The notes below the pieces were generated by a model. The model did no database searches and was not told the DNA's origin. It saw nothing but the letters and a program-made list of their open reading frames with translations. From Rickettsiales bacterium (GTDB taxonomy: Bacteria > Pseudomonadota > Alphaproteobacteria > Rickettsiales > UBA1997), in assembly GCA_035470525.1 (NCBI GenBank), contig DATIQT010000118.1:1-49915 (forward strand): DNA of 49,915 nucleotides. The letters run 5' to 3'. Below, piece by piece: positions 26,959 through 35,318 of the stretch. The position numbers and the translations under genes were made by a program. Each line of letters opens with the position of its first letter. Positions within the stretch are counted from its first letter, which is position 1.

Positions 26959-28882
26959 TAGATCTGAAAATAACCCAATTTTAAAACCTAATAAGAAAAA
27001 TAGTTGGGAAGCAAAAGCTGCTTTTAATCCTAGTGTAGTTTTTGATAACAATAAATATCATATGCTTTATAGATCAATGTCTAATTCTCAGAAAAGACAA
27101 GGTTATAACTTAGAATTATCCTCTATTAGTTATGCTGAAGGTGATAGGTATGATAATTTTATTAATAATCGTCAATTAATTGAGCCTGAATTTTATTGGG
27201 AAGCTTTTGGTTGTGAAGATCCAAGAGTTACAAAGCTAAATGATAAATATTATATATTTTATACCGCTCTTTCTGTTTATCCATTTTCTGCTGATGGTAT
27301 AAAAGTTGGTTTAGCTATAACAAAAGATTTTAAAACAATTACAGAAAAGCATTTAATTACACCTTTTAATTCAAAAGCAATGTCTTTATTTCCTGAAAAA
27401 ATTAATGGAAAATTCGTTGCAATACTTACAGTGGATACTGATAATCCACCAGCAAAAATTGCTCTAGCTTTTTTTGATAATGAATCTGATATGTGGAATG
27501 AAAATATGTGGGAAGAGTGGTACTCAAGTTTAACTTCACATACAATTCCTTTACTTAGAAGTAAAAACGATCATCTTGAAGTTGGTGCTCAACCAATTAA
27601 AACTGAAAAAGGTTGGCTAATAATTTATGCTTATATAAAAAATTATTTTTCTGCAAATAAAATTTTTAGTATAGAAGCTATATTATTAGATTTGGAAAAT
27701 CCTTTCAAAGTAATCGGAAGAACAAAAGAACCTTTAATTGTACCAGAAAAAGATTATGAAATTTCTGGAAATATATCGAATATTGTTTTTCCTTCCGGTG
27801 CTTTAATTTCTGGAGAAAATCTTATAGTTTATTATGGTGCAACAGATACGATATCTTGTGTTGCAAGTTGTAAGTTAGATGAACTACTGGATGTTATGGT
27901 TTTACCGGAAGAGAAAGAAAATCTCTTTTTTGAAAGTAAAATATTAAAAGATGGTTTCAAACGATATATTAATAATCCAATAATAAAACCAATTATTGAA
28001 TCTCCATGGCAAGAAAGATCAACATTCAATCCTGCTGCAATTTATTTAGATGGAAAAGTTCATTTGCTTTACAGGGCAATGTCTTACAGAAACAAATCCG
28101 TTGTTGGTTACGCTTCAAGTACTGATGGTATACATATTGATGAAAGACTGCCTGAACCAATATATGTTTCTAGAAAAATATTTGAAAAAAGAGCAGCTCC
28201 AGATTTATGGTGTGGCTGTGAAGATGCTAGATTAACTAGAATTGAAGATACAATATATATAACATATACAGCATTTAATGGACGTATTCCGAGAGTTGCG
28301 CTTTCAAGGATTTCTGTGTTTGATTTTATGAATAAAAAATGGAACTGGACTGAGCCTCTTGCGATTTCTTCTCCTGGATTTGATGATAAAAATGCTTGTT
28401 TATTACCTAAAAAAATTAATGGAAAATTTGTAATTTTTCACAGACCAGAGAATTTTATAAGTTTAAATTTTGTAGAAGATTTAGATTCATTGCAAGACAA
28501 ATGGCTTGATAGTTCTTATGTCTTGATAAAACCAAGACCAGACAAATGGGATAATAAAAAAATTGGAATTTCTGCACCACCTATTGAGTTAGATGAAGGT
28601 TGGTTATTGTTATATCATGGAGTTTCTGCACCTAATAATGTTTACAAAGTTGGAGCTATATTATTAGATTTAAAAGACCCAACAAAAGTATTAGGAAGAA
28701 CTGATATTCCTTTATTAGAACCGGAAATGGATTATGAATTGTATGGCGATGTTCCAAATGTTGTATTCCCTTGCGGTGCTGTTATTATGAAAGACGAAAT
28801 ATTCTTATATTATGGAGGAGGGGATAAAGTGGTTGGTGTAGCAAAAATGGGAGTGAAGGATATTGTAAAACAGTTAAAATAG
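26945..28882 (+). CDS. Tandem double-GH130-domain protein
   Basis: 645 aa. Two complete GH130 modules, ~1-315 and ~330-645. Each has the FNP..., GCED(P/A)R, FPEKINGKF / LPKKINGKF, GWL..Y(A/HG) and YYG(A/G).D motifs. The start overlaps the upstream GH130 gene by 14 nt. Confidence 0.8.
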   Translation: MLKFNRSENNPILKPNKKNSWEAKAAFNPSVVFDNNKYHMLYRSMSNSQKRQGYNLELSSISYAEGDRYDNFINNRQLIEPEFYWEAFGCEDPRVTKLNDKYYIFYTALSVYPFSADGIKVGLAITKDFKTITEKHLITPFNSKAMSLFPEKINGKFVAILTVDTDNPPAKIALAFFDNESDMWNENMWEEWYSSLTSHTIPLLRSKNDHLEVGAQPIKTEKGWLIIYAYIKNYFSANKIFSIEAILLDLENPFKVIGRTKEPLIVPEKDYEISGNISNIVFPSGALISGENLIVYYGATDTISCVASCKLDELLDVMVLPEEKENLFFESKILKDGFKRYINNPIIKPIIESPWQERSTFNPAAIYLDGKVHLLYRAMSYRNKSVVGYASSTDGIHIDERLPEPIYVSRKIFEKRAAPDLWCGCEDARLTRIEDTIYITYTAFNGRIPRVALSRISVFDFMNKKWNWTEPLAISSPGFDDKNACLLPKKINGKFVIFHRPENFISLNFVEDLDSLQDKWLDSSYVLIKPRPDKWDNKKIGISAPPIELDEGWLLLYHGVSAPNNVYKVGAILLDLKDPTKVLGRTDIPLLEPEMDYELYGDVPNVVFPCGAVIMKDEIFLYYGGGDKVVGVAKMGVKDIVKQLK

Positions 28883-28900
28883 TTTTACTTTATAAACATT

Positions 28901-28928
28901 CTTGAAATTTTATCTTATTGCTCTATAT
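28901..28928 (+). promoter_or_regulatory. Sigma-32-like heat-shock promoter of grpE
   Basis: CTTGAAA-N13-CTCTATAT, compared with the E. coli-type consensus CTTGAAA-N13-15-CCCCATNT. The -10 element ends 28 nt before the grpE ATG. The geometry matches the htpG site. Confidence 0.5.
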
Positions 28929-28956
28929 TCTATTTATATAAATTAAATATTTCAAA

Positions 28957-29496
28957 ATGACTGAAGAAAAACAACAAGAAAATACTGCAGAAAAAAAAGA
29001 AGTTAATGAAGCTACTAATGAAAATGGTATTGTTGATGAGAAAGTAAAATTAAAAGAAGAAAACGAAAAGCTAAAAGATAGTTTAATGAGAACTTTAGCT
29101 GAACTTGATAATACAAGAAGAAGATCCGCTGAAGAAAATGAAAAAACTGCGAAATATGCAATAGGTAAGTTTGCTGAAGATTTAATTCCTGTTATGGAAA
29201 CTTTTTATTTAGCATTTAAAAATGTTGGTGAAAATGTTGATGAAAAAAATTTTAAGATTTTTTTTGATGGTGTGAAGTTGACACAAAGTGAATTAAAAAA
29301 GGTTTTTGAAAAAAATGGTTTAGTGAGGTTGTTTCCTATTGATGAAAAGTTTAATCCTGACTTTCATAATGCTATAAGTCAGGTTGAGTCTGATAAAGAG
29401 GAAGGAACTATCATTGATGTTATGCAGGCTGGTTATACTATAAAAGGCAGATTATTAAGACCTGCTTTAGTATCTATATCAAAAGGTAAAAAATAG
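28957..29496 (+). CDS. grpE: Nucleotide exchange factor GrpE
   Basis: 179 aa. Coiled-coil N-terminus with LMRTLAELDN.RRR. C-terminal ...G.V..V.Q.GY...GR.LRPA.V. Confidence 0.9.
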   Translation: MTEEKQQENTAEKKEVNEATNENGIVDEKVKLKEENEKLKDSLMRTLAELDNTRRRSAEENEKTAKYAIGKFAEDLIPVMETFYLAFKNVGENVDEKNFKIFFDGVKLTQSELKKVFEKNGLVRLFPIDEKFNPDFHNAISQVESDKEEGTIIDVMQAGYTIKGRLLRPALVSISKGKK

Positions 29497-29531
29497 TATA
29501 GTTTTTACTATTTGATAAATAAAAAATAAGA

Positions 29532-30254
29532 ATGGTTAAAGGTTATATTAGTGCTGTTGAAACATTTGGTACCGTTGATGGACCCGGTGTTAGATATGTC
29601 TTGTTTTTACAAGGTTGTCCTTTAAGATGTAAATATTGTCATAATAGGGATATGTGGAATTATACTGATTTTAAAAAATCAGAAACTCCACAAGAAACCG
29701 TATTAGATGTTCTTAAATATAAGAATTATATTAAAAATGGTGGTATTACATTAAGCGGTGGTGAGCCATTATTGCAATTAGATTATTGTTTGGAATTATT
29801 TAAATTGTTGAAAAGTGAGGGTATACATACAGCTTTAGACACTTCTGGATATGTTTTTAATGATAAAGTAAAAGAAATTTTAAATTATACCGACTTAGTT
29901 TTACTTGATATAAAATCAATAAATCCGAAAGTTTATAAGGAATTAACCTCTGTTGAATTAGAAAATACTTTGTTATTTTTGGATTATTTAAAAGAAATTG
30001 GTAAAAAAGTTTGGATAAGACATGTTGTAGTTCCTACAATTACTTTTAATGAAAAAGATTTAGAAGAATTAGCTGAATATTTGACTAATTATAAAGATAT
30101 AATTGAAAAAGTTGAATTGTTGCCATATCATACTATGGGAATTATAAAATGGGAAAAACTTGGTGAATATTATCCACTAAAAAATCTCAGTCCTCTATCA
30201 AAAGAAGAACTGAGTGTAGCAAAGAATATATTTGCAAAGTATGGATTTAAATAA
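29532..30254 (+). CDS. pflA: Pyruvate formate-lyase (glycyl-radical enzyme) activating enzyme, radical SAM
   Basis: 240 aa, colinear with E. coli PflA as I recall it. Shared motifs: E(S/T)(C/F)GTVDGPG(I/V)R, QGC.(M/L)RC.YCHNRD.W, SGGE, EGIHT.LDT.G, VWIR.VVVP, (I/V)ELLPYH. Confidence 0.9.
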   Translation: MVKGYISAVETFGTVDGPGVRYVLFLQGCPLRCKYCHNRDMWNYTDFKKSETPQETVLDVLKYKNYIKNGGITLSGGEPLLQLDYCLELFKLLKSEGIHTALDTSGYVFNDKVKEILNYTDLVLLDIKSINPKVYKELTSVELENTLLFLDYLKEIGKKVWIRHVVVPTITFNEKDLEELAEYLTNYKDIIEKVELLPYHTMGIIKWEKLGEYYPLKNLSPLSKEELSVAKNIFAKYGFK

Positions 30255-30339
30255 ACGGAATAAATGGTAAATCGCAACTAGATAATATAATAGCTATCGT
30301 AATCATTAAAATAATTTTTTTCATTTGTTTCTCACGCAT
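30247..30339 (-). CDS. Possible small lipoprotein (25-30 aa); speculative
   Basis: The minus-strand ORF reads MREKQMKKIILMITIAIILSSCDLPFIPFI, with a lipobox-like LSSC. It is convergent with pflA and overlaps its last 8 nt. It is too short for statistics. Confidence 0.25.
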   Translation of the reverse strand: MREKQMKKIILMITIAIILSSCDLPFIPFI

Positions 30340-30381
30340 TTGTTTTGAGTATTATAATATTTTATATGTTAATTGTAAATA

Positions 30382-30723
30382 TTATTTATATCCCAAAATA
30401 TGTATATGAAAATGGTGTACTATTTGTCCTGCTTCTTCTCCACAATTTCCAACTATTCTATAAGATTTCTCTGATAAACCTTGATTTTTCGCAATTTCTT
30501 GAACTTTTTTGAAGAAATATGCTACTTCTTCATTTGTAGAATGCTCTACAAAATCATCAAATGATATATAATTTGCTTTAGGAATTACTAATATATGAAC
30601 GGGGGCTTTTGGATTTATGTCGTTAAAAGCTAAAACTTTGTCATCTTCATAAATTATTGTTGACGGTAATTCTTTTTTGATAATTTTTTGAAATATATTA
30701 TTTTCATCATATTTTTTTTGCAT
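30382..30723 (-). CDS. HIT-family (HinT-like) nucleotide hydrolase
   Basis: 113 aa. Histidine triad HHFHIHILG near the C-terminus. N-terminal IF.KII..E.P...IYEDD.VLAF.DINP.AP.H.LVIPK. Confidence 0.9.
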   Translation of the reverse strand: MQKKYDENNIFQKIIKKELPSTIIYEDDKVLAFNDINPKAPVHILVIPKANYISFDDFVEHSTNEEVAYFFKKVQEIAKNQGLSEKSYRIVGNCGEEAGQIVHHFHIHILGYK

Positions 30724-30753
30724 TTTAAATTATGTGTGTTATTTCTTAATTAA

Positions 30754-31425
30754 ATGATTATTAATTATAAAAAAATGTCAATTAGAAATATAAGTAATTT
30801 TAGTATAGAAAACCTTAGAGAATTTGTTGAAAAGTATCTTTCTCAGATAATCTATTTTATTTGTTTTGTTTTAATTGTGATTTTTTTTGTGATTTTTACT
30901 TCCAATAGAAGAGAAAGCAAAGAAAATGAATTAATGGTGAATTATTATAAAGCATTTAATTATTTAAATTCAGGTAATGAAGATGAAGCTATAAAGGTTT
31001 TAAATGATATTAGTAATTCAAAATATGCCACAGATGATATGAAAAGCATATCTAATTTAAAAATGGCTAATTTACTTAGCTCAAAAGGTAAAATTGATGA
31101 AGCTGCAAATATATATTTAAAAGTTTTCTTTGAAGAAAATAACGATTTGTTTTTAAGGGACTTGTCTGGTTTAAATGCCCTTGTTTTGTTGGTCAACAAA
31201 AACAATACAGCTGATTATCAAATTATAGAAGATCTTATAATTAAATTGAGCAATCCTAATAACCCTCTTTTAGTGTTAGTTAATGAACAAGAAGGGATTT
31301 TTAAAATTCAACAAGGAAAAGTTGAAGATGGGTTGGAAATTTTAAGAAATGTTCTTAAACAAGATTTAGATGAAAATACTGAGAAAAGAATAAAATCAAT
31401 TTTGTCATTATATGAAAGCATATAG
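30754..31425 (+). CDS. Membrane-anchored TPR-like protein (YfgM/TPR_21-like)
   Basis: One N-terminal TM (IIYFICFVLIVIFFVIF) followed by a helical repeat region. The assignment is tentative. The start may be the ATG at 30775. Confidence 0.45.
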   Translation: MIINYKKMSIRNISNFSIENLREFVEKYLSQIIYFICFVLIVIFFVIFTSNRRESKENELMVNYYKAFNYLNSGNEDEAIKVLNDISNSKYATDDMKSISNLKMANLLSSKGKIDEAANIYLKVFFEENNDLFLRDLSGLNALVLLVNKNNTADYQIIEDLIIKLSNPNNPLLVLVNEQEGIFKIQQGKVEDGLEILRNVLKQDLDENTEKRIKSILSLYESI

Positions 31426-31807
31426 AATATTTTTAAAGGGGGAAAAGAGCGGAAAAGTGGTAGACTTAAAGATAATAAGAGAAGGTTTCAATTTTTTTGC
31501 TTTTTTATTTAATGTTTTTTACTTATTTTATAATAAATTATGGAAAGTGGCTTCACTATTTTTTGTAGTTTATTTAGGTTTAGTTTTTATGCCTAGTGCA
31601 TGTTGTATGGTTGTTGGTGGTGTTATTATATCCTCATATATATCTATACACTTTATTGATTGGAAATCTGAAAAATTAATTAAAGATGGGTATGAATTTT
31701 TAGGAATATTCAATGGAAATAATGAAAAAGAAGCTAAAGAAGATTTTTTGAAAAAATTTAATGATAATTATAAAGGAAAAGATAGACTTAAACAGAAAAT
31801 TTTTTAA
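31412..31807 (+). CDS. DUF2628-like small membrane protein
   Basis: 131 aa. The N-terminus ...REGFNFFAFLFNVFYLFYNKLW with two TM segments is typical of alpha-proteobacterial DUF2628, from recollection. It overlaps the upstream gene by 14 nt. Confidence 0.5.
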   Translation: MKAYRIFLKGEKSGKVVDLKIIREGFNFFAFLFNVFYLFYNKLWKVASLFFVVYLGLVFMPSACCMVVGGVIISSYISIHFIDWKSEKLIKDGYEFLGIFNGNNEKEAKEDFLKKFNDNYKGKDRLKQKIF

Positions 31808-31820
31808 TTAAAGTTGAGGT

Positions 31821-32522
31821 TTGTTAATGCAAGATGAATTGAATGGTTGGTTAAATATAGATAAACCATTAGGTTATTCTTCAGCTAAAGTTGTAGCGAT
31901 AATAAAGAGATTGTTAAAAGTGAAAAAAGTTGGTCATGGAGGAACATTAGATCCCCTAGCTACTGGTGTTTTGCCTATTTGTATAAATAAAGCTACTAAG
32001 ACCACAGAAAAAATTATGTCTTTTGAGAAAGAATATTTATTTGATATAACATTTGGTGAAGCTAGGACTACTTGTGATGCTGAGGGTGAAATTATTGAAA
32101 CAAATAATAAAATTCCAACAGAAAAAGAAATTTTGAATATTTTATCTAAATTTATTGGAAATATAATGCAAACACCACCTATTTTTTCAGCAATAAAAGT
32201 TGATGGGAAAAGAGCTTATGATTTAGCAAGAAATGGCAAAGATGTTGAATTAAAAGCAAGAGAAGTAAAAGTTTATAAATTAGAATTTTTAGGATTTAAA
32301 TCTAAAAATACTGCTCAATTTAAAGTAAAGTGTGGTAAGGGCTTTTATGTCAGATCTTTAGCAATAGATTTATCAAGAGCATTAGATACTGTTGGTTATA
32401 TTAGTTATTTAAGGAGATTATCAGTAGGCATTTTTGACCAAACCAATATTTTGAATATATCATATATTGAAGATATTATAAAAAATGGTGGGACTATTAG
32501 AGATAATTTATTGCAACTATAA
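31821..32522 (+). CDS. truB: tRNA pseudouridine(55) synthase TruB (short form)
   Basis: G.L..DKP.G.SS......K......K.GHGGTLDPLATGVLPI with the catalytic Asp. The ATG at 31827 is an alternative to the TTG at 31821. Confidence 0.9.
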   Translation: MLMQDELNGWLNIDKPLGYSSAKVVAIIKRLLKVKKVGHGGTLDPLATGVLPICINKATKTTEKIMSFEKEYLFDITFGEARTTCDAEGEIIETNNKIPTEKEILNILSKFIGNIMQTPPIFSAIKVDGKRAYDLARNGKDVELKAREVKVYKLEFLGFKSKNTAQFKVKCGKGFYVRSLAIDLSRALDTVGYISYLRRLSVGIFDQTNILNISYIEDIIKNGGTIRDNLLQL

Positions 32523-32586
32523 TTTCTATTTACTTTTATTTTTCTATTTATTATATATGTTATAAATAATAATAAAATTATGTATT

Positions 32587-33279
32587 ATGGAAAATTTTTT
32601 TGAGAATAATAAAGTTGCTATAACTAATTTTTTTCTTATTTTAATAATTATTTCTTCTTTTGTTTTAAAAAATTATGGTTATGTAACCACTGCTTATTAC
32701 GTGAAAGCAATGGGTTGTCTTGGTTTAACTTGCTCTATAATAAATTGGTTAGCTCTTCAAATACTGTTAGATAAATTATGTTTTTTATACACAATTGATG
32801 AGATTAAAAAATATTTTGCTCCAACTAAAAATCTTTTAATAAATGAAATTTTTGGTAAAAAGAATTTTGATATTTTAAAGAAAGAATATAAAGCAATAAT
32901 AACCCAAGAAGATAAAAAGAATATTGAGAATAGTATTAATAATTTAGCTCTTAACACTATTTTAGTTTCTTTTCAAAATGATAAAGTAAAAAATATGATT
33001 AAAGAAAGCGTTTTGATTAAAATCTATGAGATAGAAAACGCAATTAAGATGAAAATAAACAATGGTTTAAATGAAGAAGAAAAACAGAAGAGTGGAATTG
33101 TTTTTTTCAAAGATGAAATTTTACCAATAATTGAAAACAAATTAGAAATATCAGTTATAGCCCACATACAGTTATTAATTTACAATTCAATAAAGAATTA
33201 TTTTGAATGGTTAGTTTTATGGGGAGCATTCTCTGGTATGATTTTTGGTCTAGTATTTAGATTTGTAGGTTGTTTATAA
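32587..33279 (+). CDS. Membrane protein of unknown function (possibly DUF445-like)
   Basis: 230 aa with TM segments at both ends and a charged helical middle. The INWLALQ segment weakly recalls DUF445. Confidence 0.4.
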   Translation: MENFFENNKVAITNFFLILIIISSFVLKNYGYVTTAYYVKAMGCLGLTCSIINWLALQILLDKLCFLYTIDEIKKYFAPTKNLLINEIFGKKNFDILKKEYKAIITQEDKKNIENSINNLALNTILVSFQNDKVKNMIKESVLIKIYEIENAIKMKINNGLNEEEKQKSGIVFFKDEILPIIENKLEISVIAHIQLLIYNSIKNYFEWLVLWGAFSGMIFGLVFRFVGCL

Positions 33280-33333
33280 CTTGAAAAATTATTTTTTTAA
33301 ATCATAATCTGAAGAAATAATAATAAAATAAAT

Positions 33334-33825
33334 ATGCCAAGTTTTGATGTTGTATCTCAAATTGATTATCAAGAAGTTTTAAATGCTATTAACGGTGTTC
33401 AAAGAGAGATTGGAAACAGATATGATTTTAAAAGTGTAAAATGGTCTTTAGATTTAGATAAGAAAGAAAAACAATTAATAATTAATGCAGAAAATGACTA
33501 TTGTTTAGGTCAAATACAAAATTCTTTAAAAGGCTGTTTTGTTAAAAGAGGATTAGATCCAAGAGCCTTAGACTTCAAAGAACCAGAAAAAGCTTCAGGA
33601 AATAGTTTGAGACAAACAGTAAAAATCAAAGAAGGTATAGAGCAAGATACATCTAAAAAAATTGTTAAAGCTATTAAAGATTCAAAAAGTAAAGTTCAAG
33701 CTTCAATTCAAGGTCAAGAATTAAGAATTAGTGGCAAAAATAGAGATGATTTACAAGAAACTATACAATTGATTAAAAATTTAAATTTAGACCTACCTTT
33801 ACAATATATAAATTTTAGAGATTAA
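33334..33825 (+). CDS. yajQ: YajQ-family nucleotide-binding protein (UPF0234)
   Basis: 163 aa. MPSFDVVS..D.QEV.NA......E...RYDFK at the N-terminus is the YajQ hallmark. Confidence 0.85.
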   Translation: MPSFDVVSQIDYQEVLNAINGVQREIGNRYDFKSVKWSLDLDKKEKQLIINAENDYCLGQIQNSLKGCFVKRGLDPRALDFKEPEKASGNSLRQTVKIKEGIEQDTSKKIVKAIKDSKSKVQASIQGQELRISGKNRDDLQETIQLIKNLNLDLPLQYINFRD

Positions 33826-34191
33826 TTTTATTTTGCCACTCTATGATGTGTCATTTTCTTGTTGAGAATGCTTATTTGATCTACATTTGTGTCGTCTTTA
33901 AAAAAAATTATTAAAATAAAAATTTTTTTAAATTTGCTTTTCTTGTAAGATTTTTCTAGATGTTCTTGGCATACTATAAAAAAAATTAAGTTTTTTTAAA
34001 ATAGCGTTTTTACTTTGAAAAATAATTACTTATTGGCAAAATTTGTTGTCATTTGACAAATAATAAAATCCTACTTAGTCTAAAATTCAGAAGATAACAA
34101 TTTCTGGAGGGCCCATGGCTGGAAAAGATACTAAGAAGAAATAGTTAAAAACAAAAAGTCTTATTATTCTAAATTAATAGAATAAAGCAAA

Positions 34192-34217
34192 CAGTAGTAA
34201 AATTACTACTGTTTTTT
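34192..34217 (+). terminator. Orphan intrinsic terminator inside the yajQ-dcm spacer
   Basis: Stem cagtagta(a) / (t)tactactg followed by tttttt. It lies ~370 nt after the yajQ stop and ~100 nt before the dcm ATG. Confidence 0.6.
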
Positions 34218-34319
34218 GGTTTCTTTTTTAGTAATTTTCTTGAAAAATTAAATGGATTGTTTAGAATTTACCTTATAGTACCCAAATATAATATTTTAGG
34301 ATTTTTAAATATAATAAAT

Positions 34320-35315
34320 ATGACTAAAAATTTATTTAATTATAATAGGCAAAATATAAACAAATATAATTTTTCTTTTATAGATTTATTTGCTGGTATT
34401 GGTGGTATTAGATTGGCGTTTGAATCTGTTGGTGGAAAATGTATTTTTTCTTCAGAATGGGATGAAAAGGCTAAAGAAACATATAAAGCTAATTTTAGTG
34501 ATATACCATATGGAGATATAACAAAGATTGATGAAAAGAGTATTCCTAATTTTGATATTTTATGTGCAGGTTTTCCATGTCAGCCATTTTCTTTGGCTGG
34601 ATTAAAGAAAGGTTTTACAGATACTAGAGGAACTTTATTTTTTGATATTATGAGAATAATTAATTATCATAAACCGAAAGTTGTTTTCTTAGAAAATGTA
34701 AAAAATCTGAAGAATCATGATAAAGGCAGAACTTTTTCTGTCATTATTGGTAGTTTAGAAGAGATCGGTTATAAAGTTTTTTATGATGTTTTAAATGCAA
34801 AAGATTTTGGTTTACCACAAAATAGGGAAAGAATTTTTATAGTAGCTTTCTTAAATAAAAATGTATATTTTGAATTTCCGGAAAAAGTTAATTCAGAATT
34901 AAAACTAGGTTATTTGCTTGAGAAAAAAGTAGATCAAAAATATACTATATCAGATAAATTGTGGGAAGGTCATAAAAGAAGAAAAAGAGAACATTTGTTG
35001 AAAGGCAATGGCTTTGGTTATTCATTGTTTGATGAAAACTCAAAATATACTAGTACATTATCAGCTAGATATTATAAAGATGGATCAGAAATATTGATTA
35101 ATCAAAAAGATAGTAACCCAAGAAAATTGACACCGAGAGAAGCTGCTAGGTTACAAGGTTTTCCAGATAATTTTGTTATACCGGTTAGTGATAATTCAGC
35201 ATATAAGCAGTTTGGTAATAGTGTAGCAGTTAATGTTATAAAATCTATTGCGAAAGAGATAATCTTATCATTAAATCAATTAGAAGATAGTAAAAAATCA
35301 GTAATAAATGAATAA
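34320..35315 (+). CDS. dcm: DNA (cytosine-5)-methyltransferase with a Dcm/M.EcoRII-like target-recognition region
   Basis: All m5C motifs are present: FIDLFAGIGG (I), GFPCQPFSLAG (IV), ENVKNL (VI), QNRERIF (VIII), QFGNSV (X). The variable region KGNGFGY....TLSARYYKDGSEILI....R.LTPRE.ARLQGF......IPVSD..AY closely parallels E. coli Dcm as I recall it. The ATG at 34320 is preferred over the TTG at 34257. Confidence 0.9.
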   Translation: MTKNLFNYNRQNINKYNFSFIDLFAGIGGIRLAFESVGGKCIFSSEWDEKAKETYKANFSDIPYGDITKIDEKSIPNFDILCAGFPCQPFSLAGLKKGFTDTRGTLFFDIMRIINYHKPKVVFLENVKNLKNHDKGRTFSVIIGSLEEIGYKVFYDVLNAKDFGLPQNRERIFIVAFLNKNVYFEFPEKVNSELKLGYLLEKKVDQKYTISDKLWEGHKRRKREHLLKGNGFGYSLFDENSKYTSTLSARYYKDGSEILINQKDSNPRKLTPREAARLQGFPDNFVIPVSDNSAYKQFGNSVAVNVIKSIAKEIILSLNQLEDSKKSVINE

Positions 35316-35318
35316 TAT

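Noticed and set aside
34115-34144. The 9-codon ORF MAGKDTKKK as a real protein gene.
   Set aside because: It is too short to evaluate, and the SD spacing is only 4 nt. It is kept only as part of the observation on the unusual spacer, not called as a CDS.
34320-35315. Initial impression that the methyltransferase is M.HpaII-like (CCGG).
   Set aside because: The conserved motifs fit many m5C enzymes. The variable region (TLSARYYKDGSEILI, IPVSD..AY) matches my recollection of E. coli Dcm/M.EcoRII better than HpaII. Specificity is left open as CCWGG or CC(N)GG until a REBASE comparison is done.
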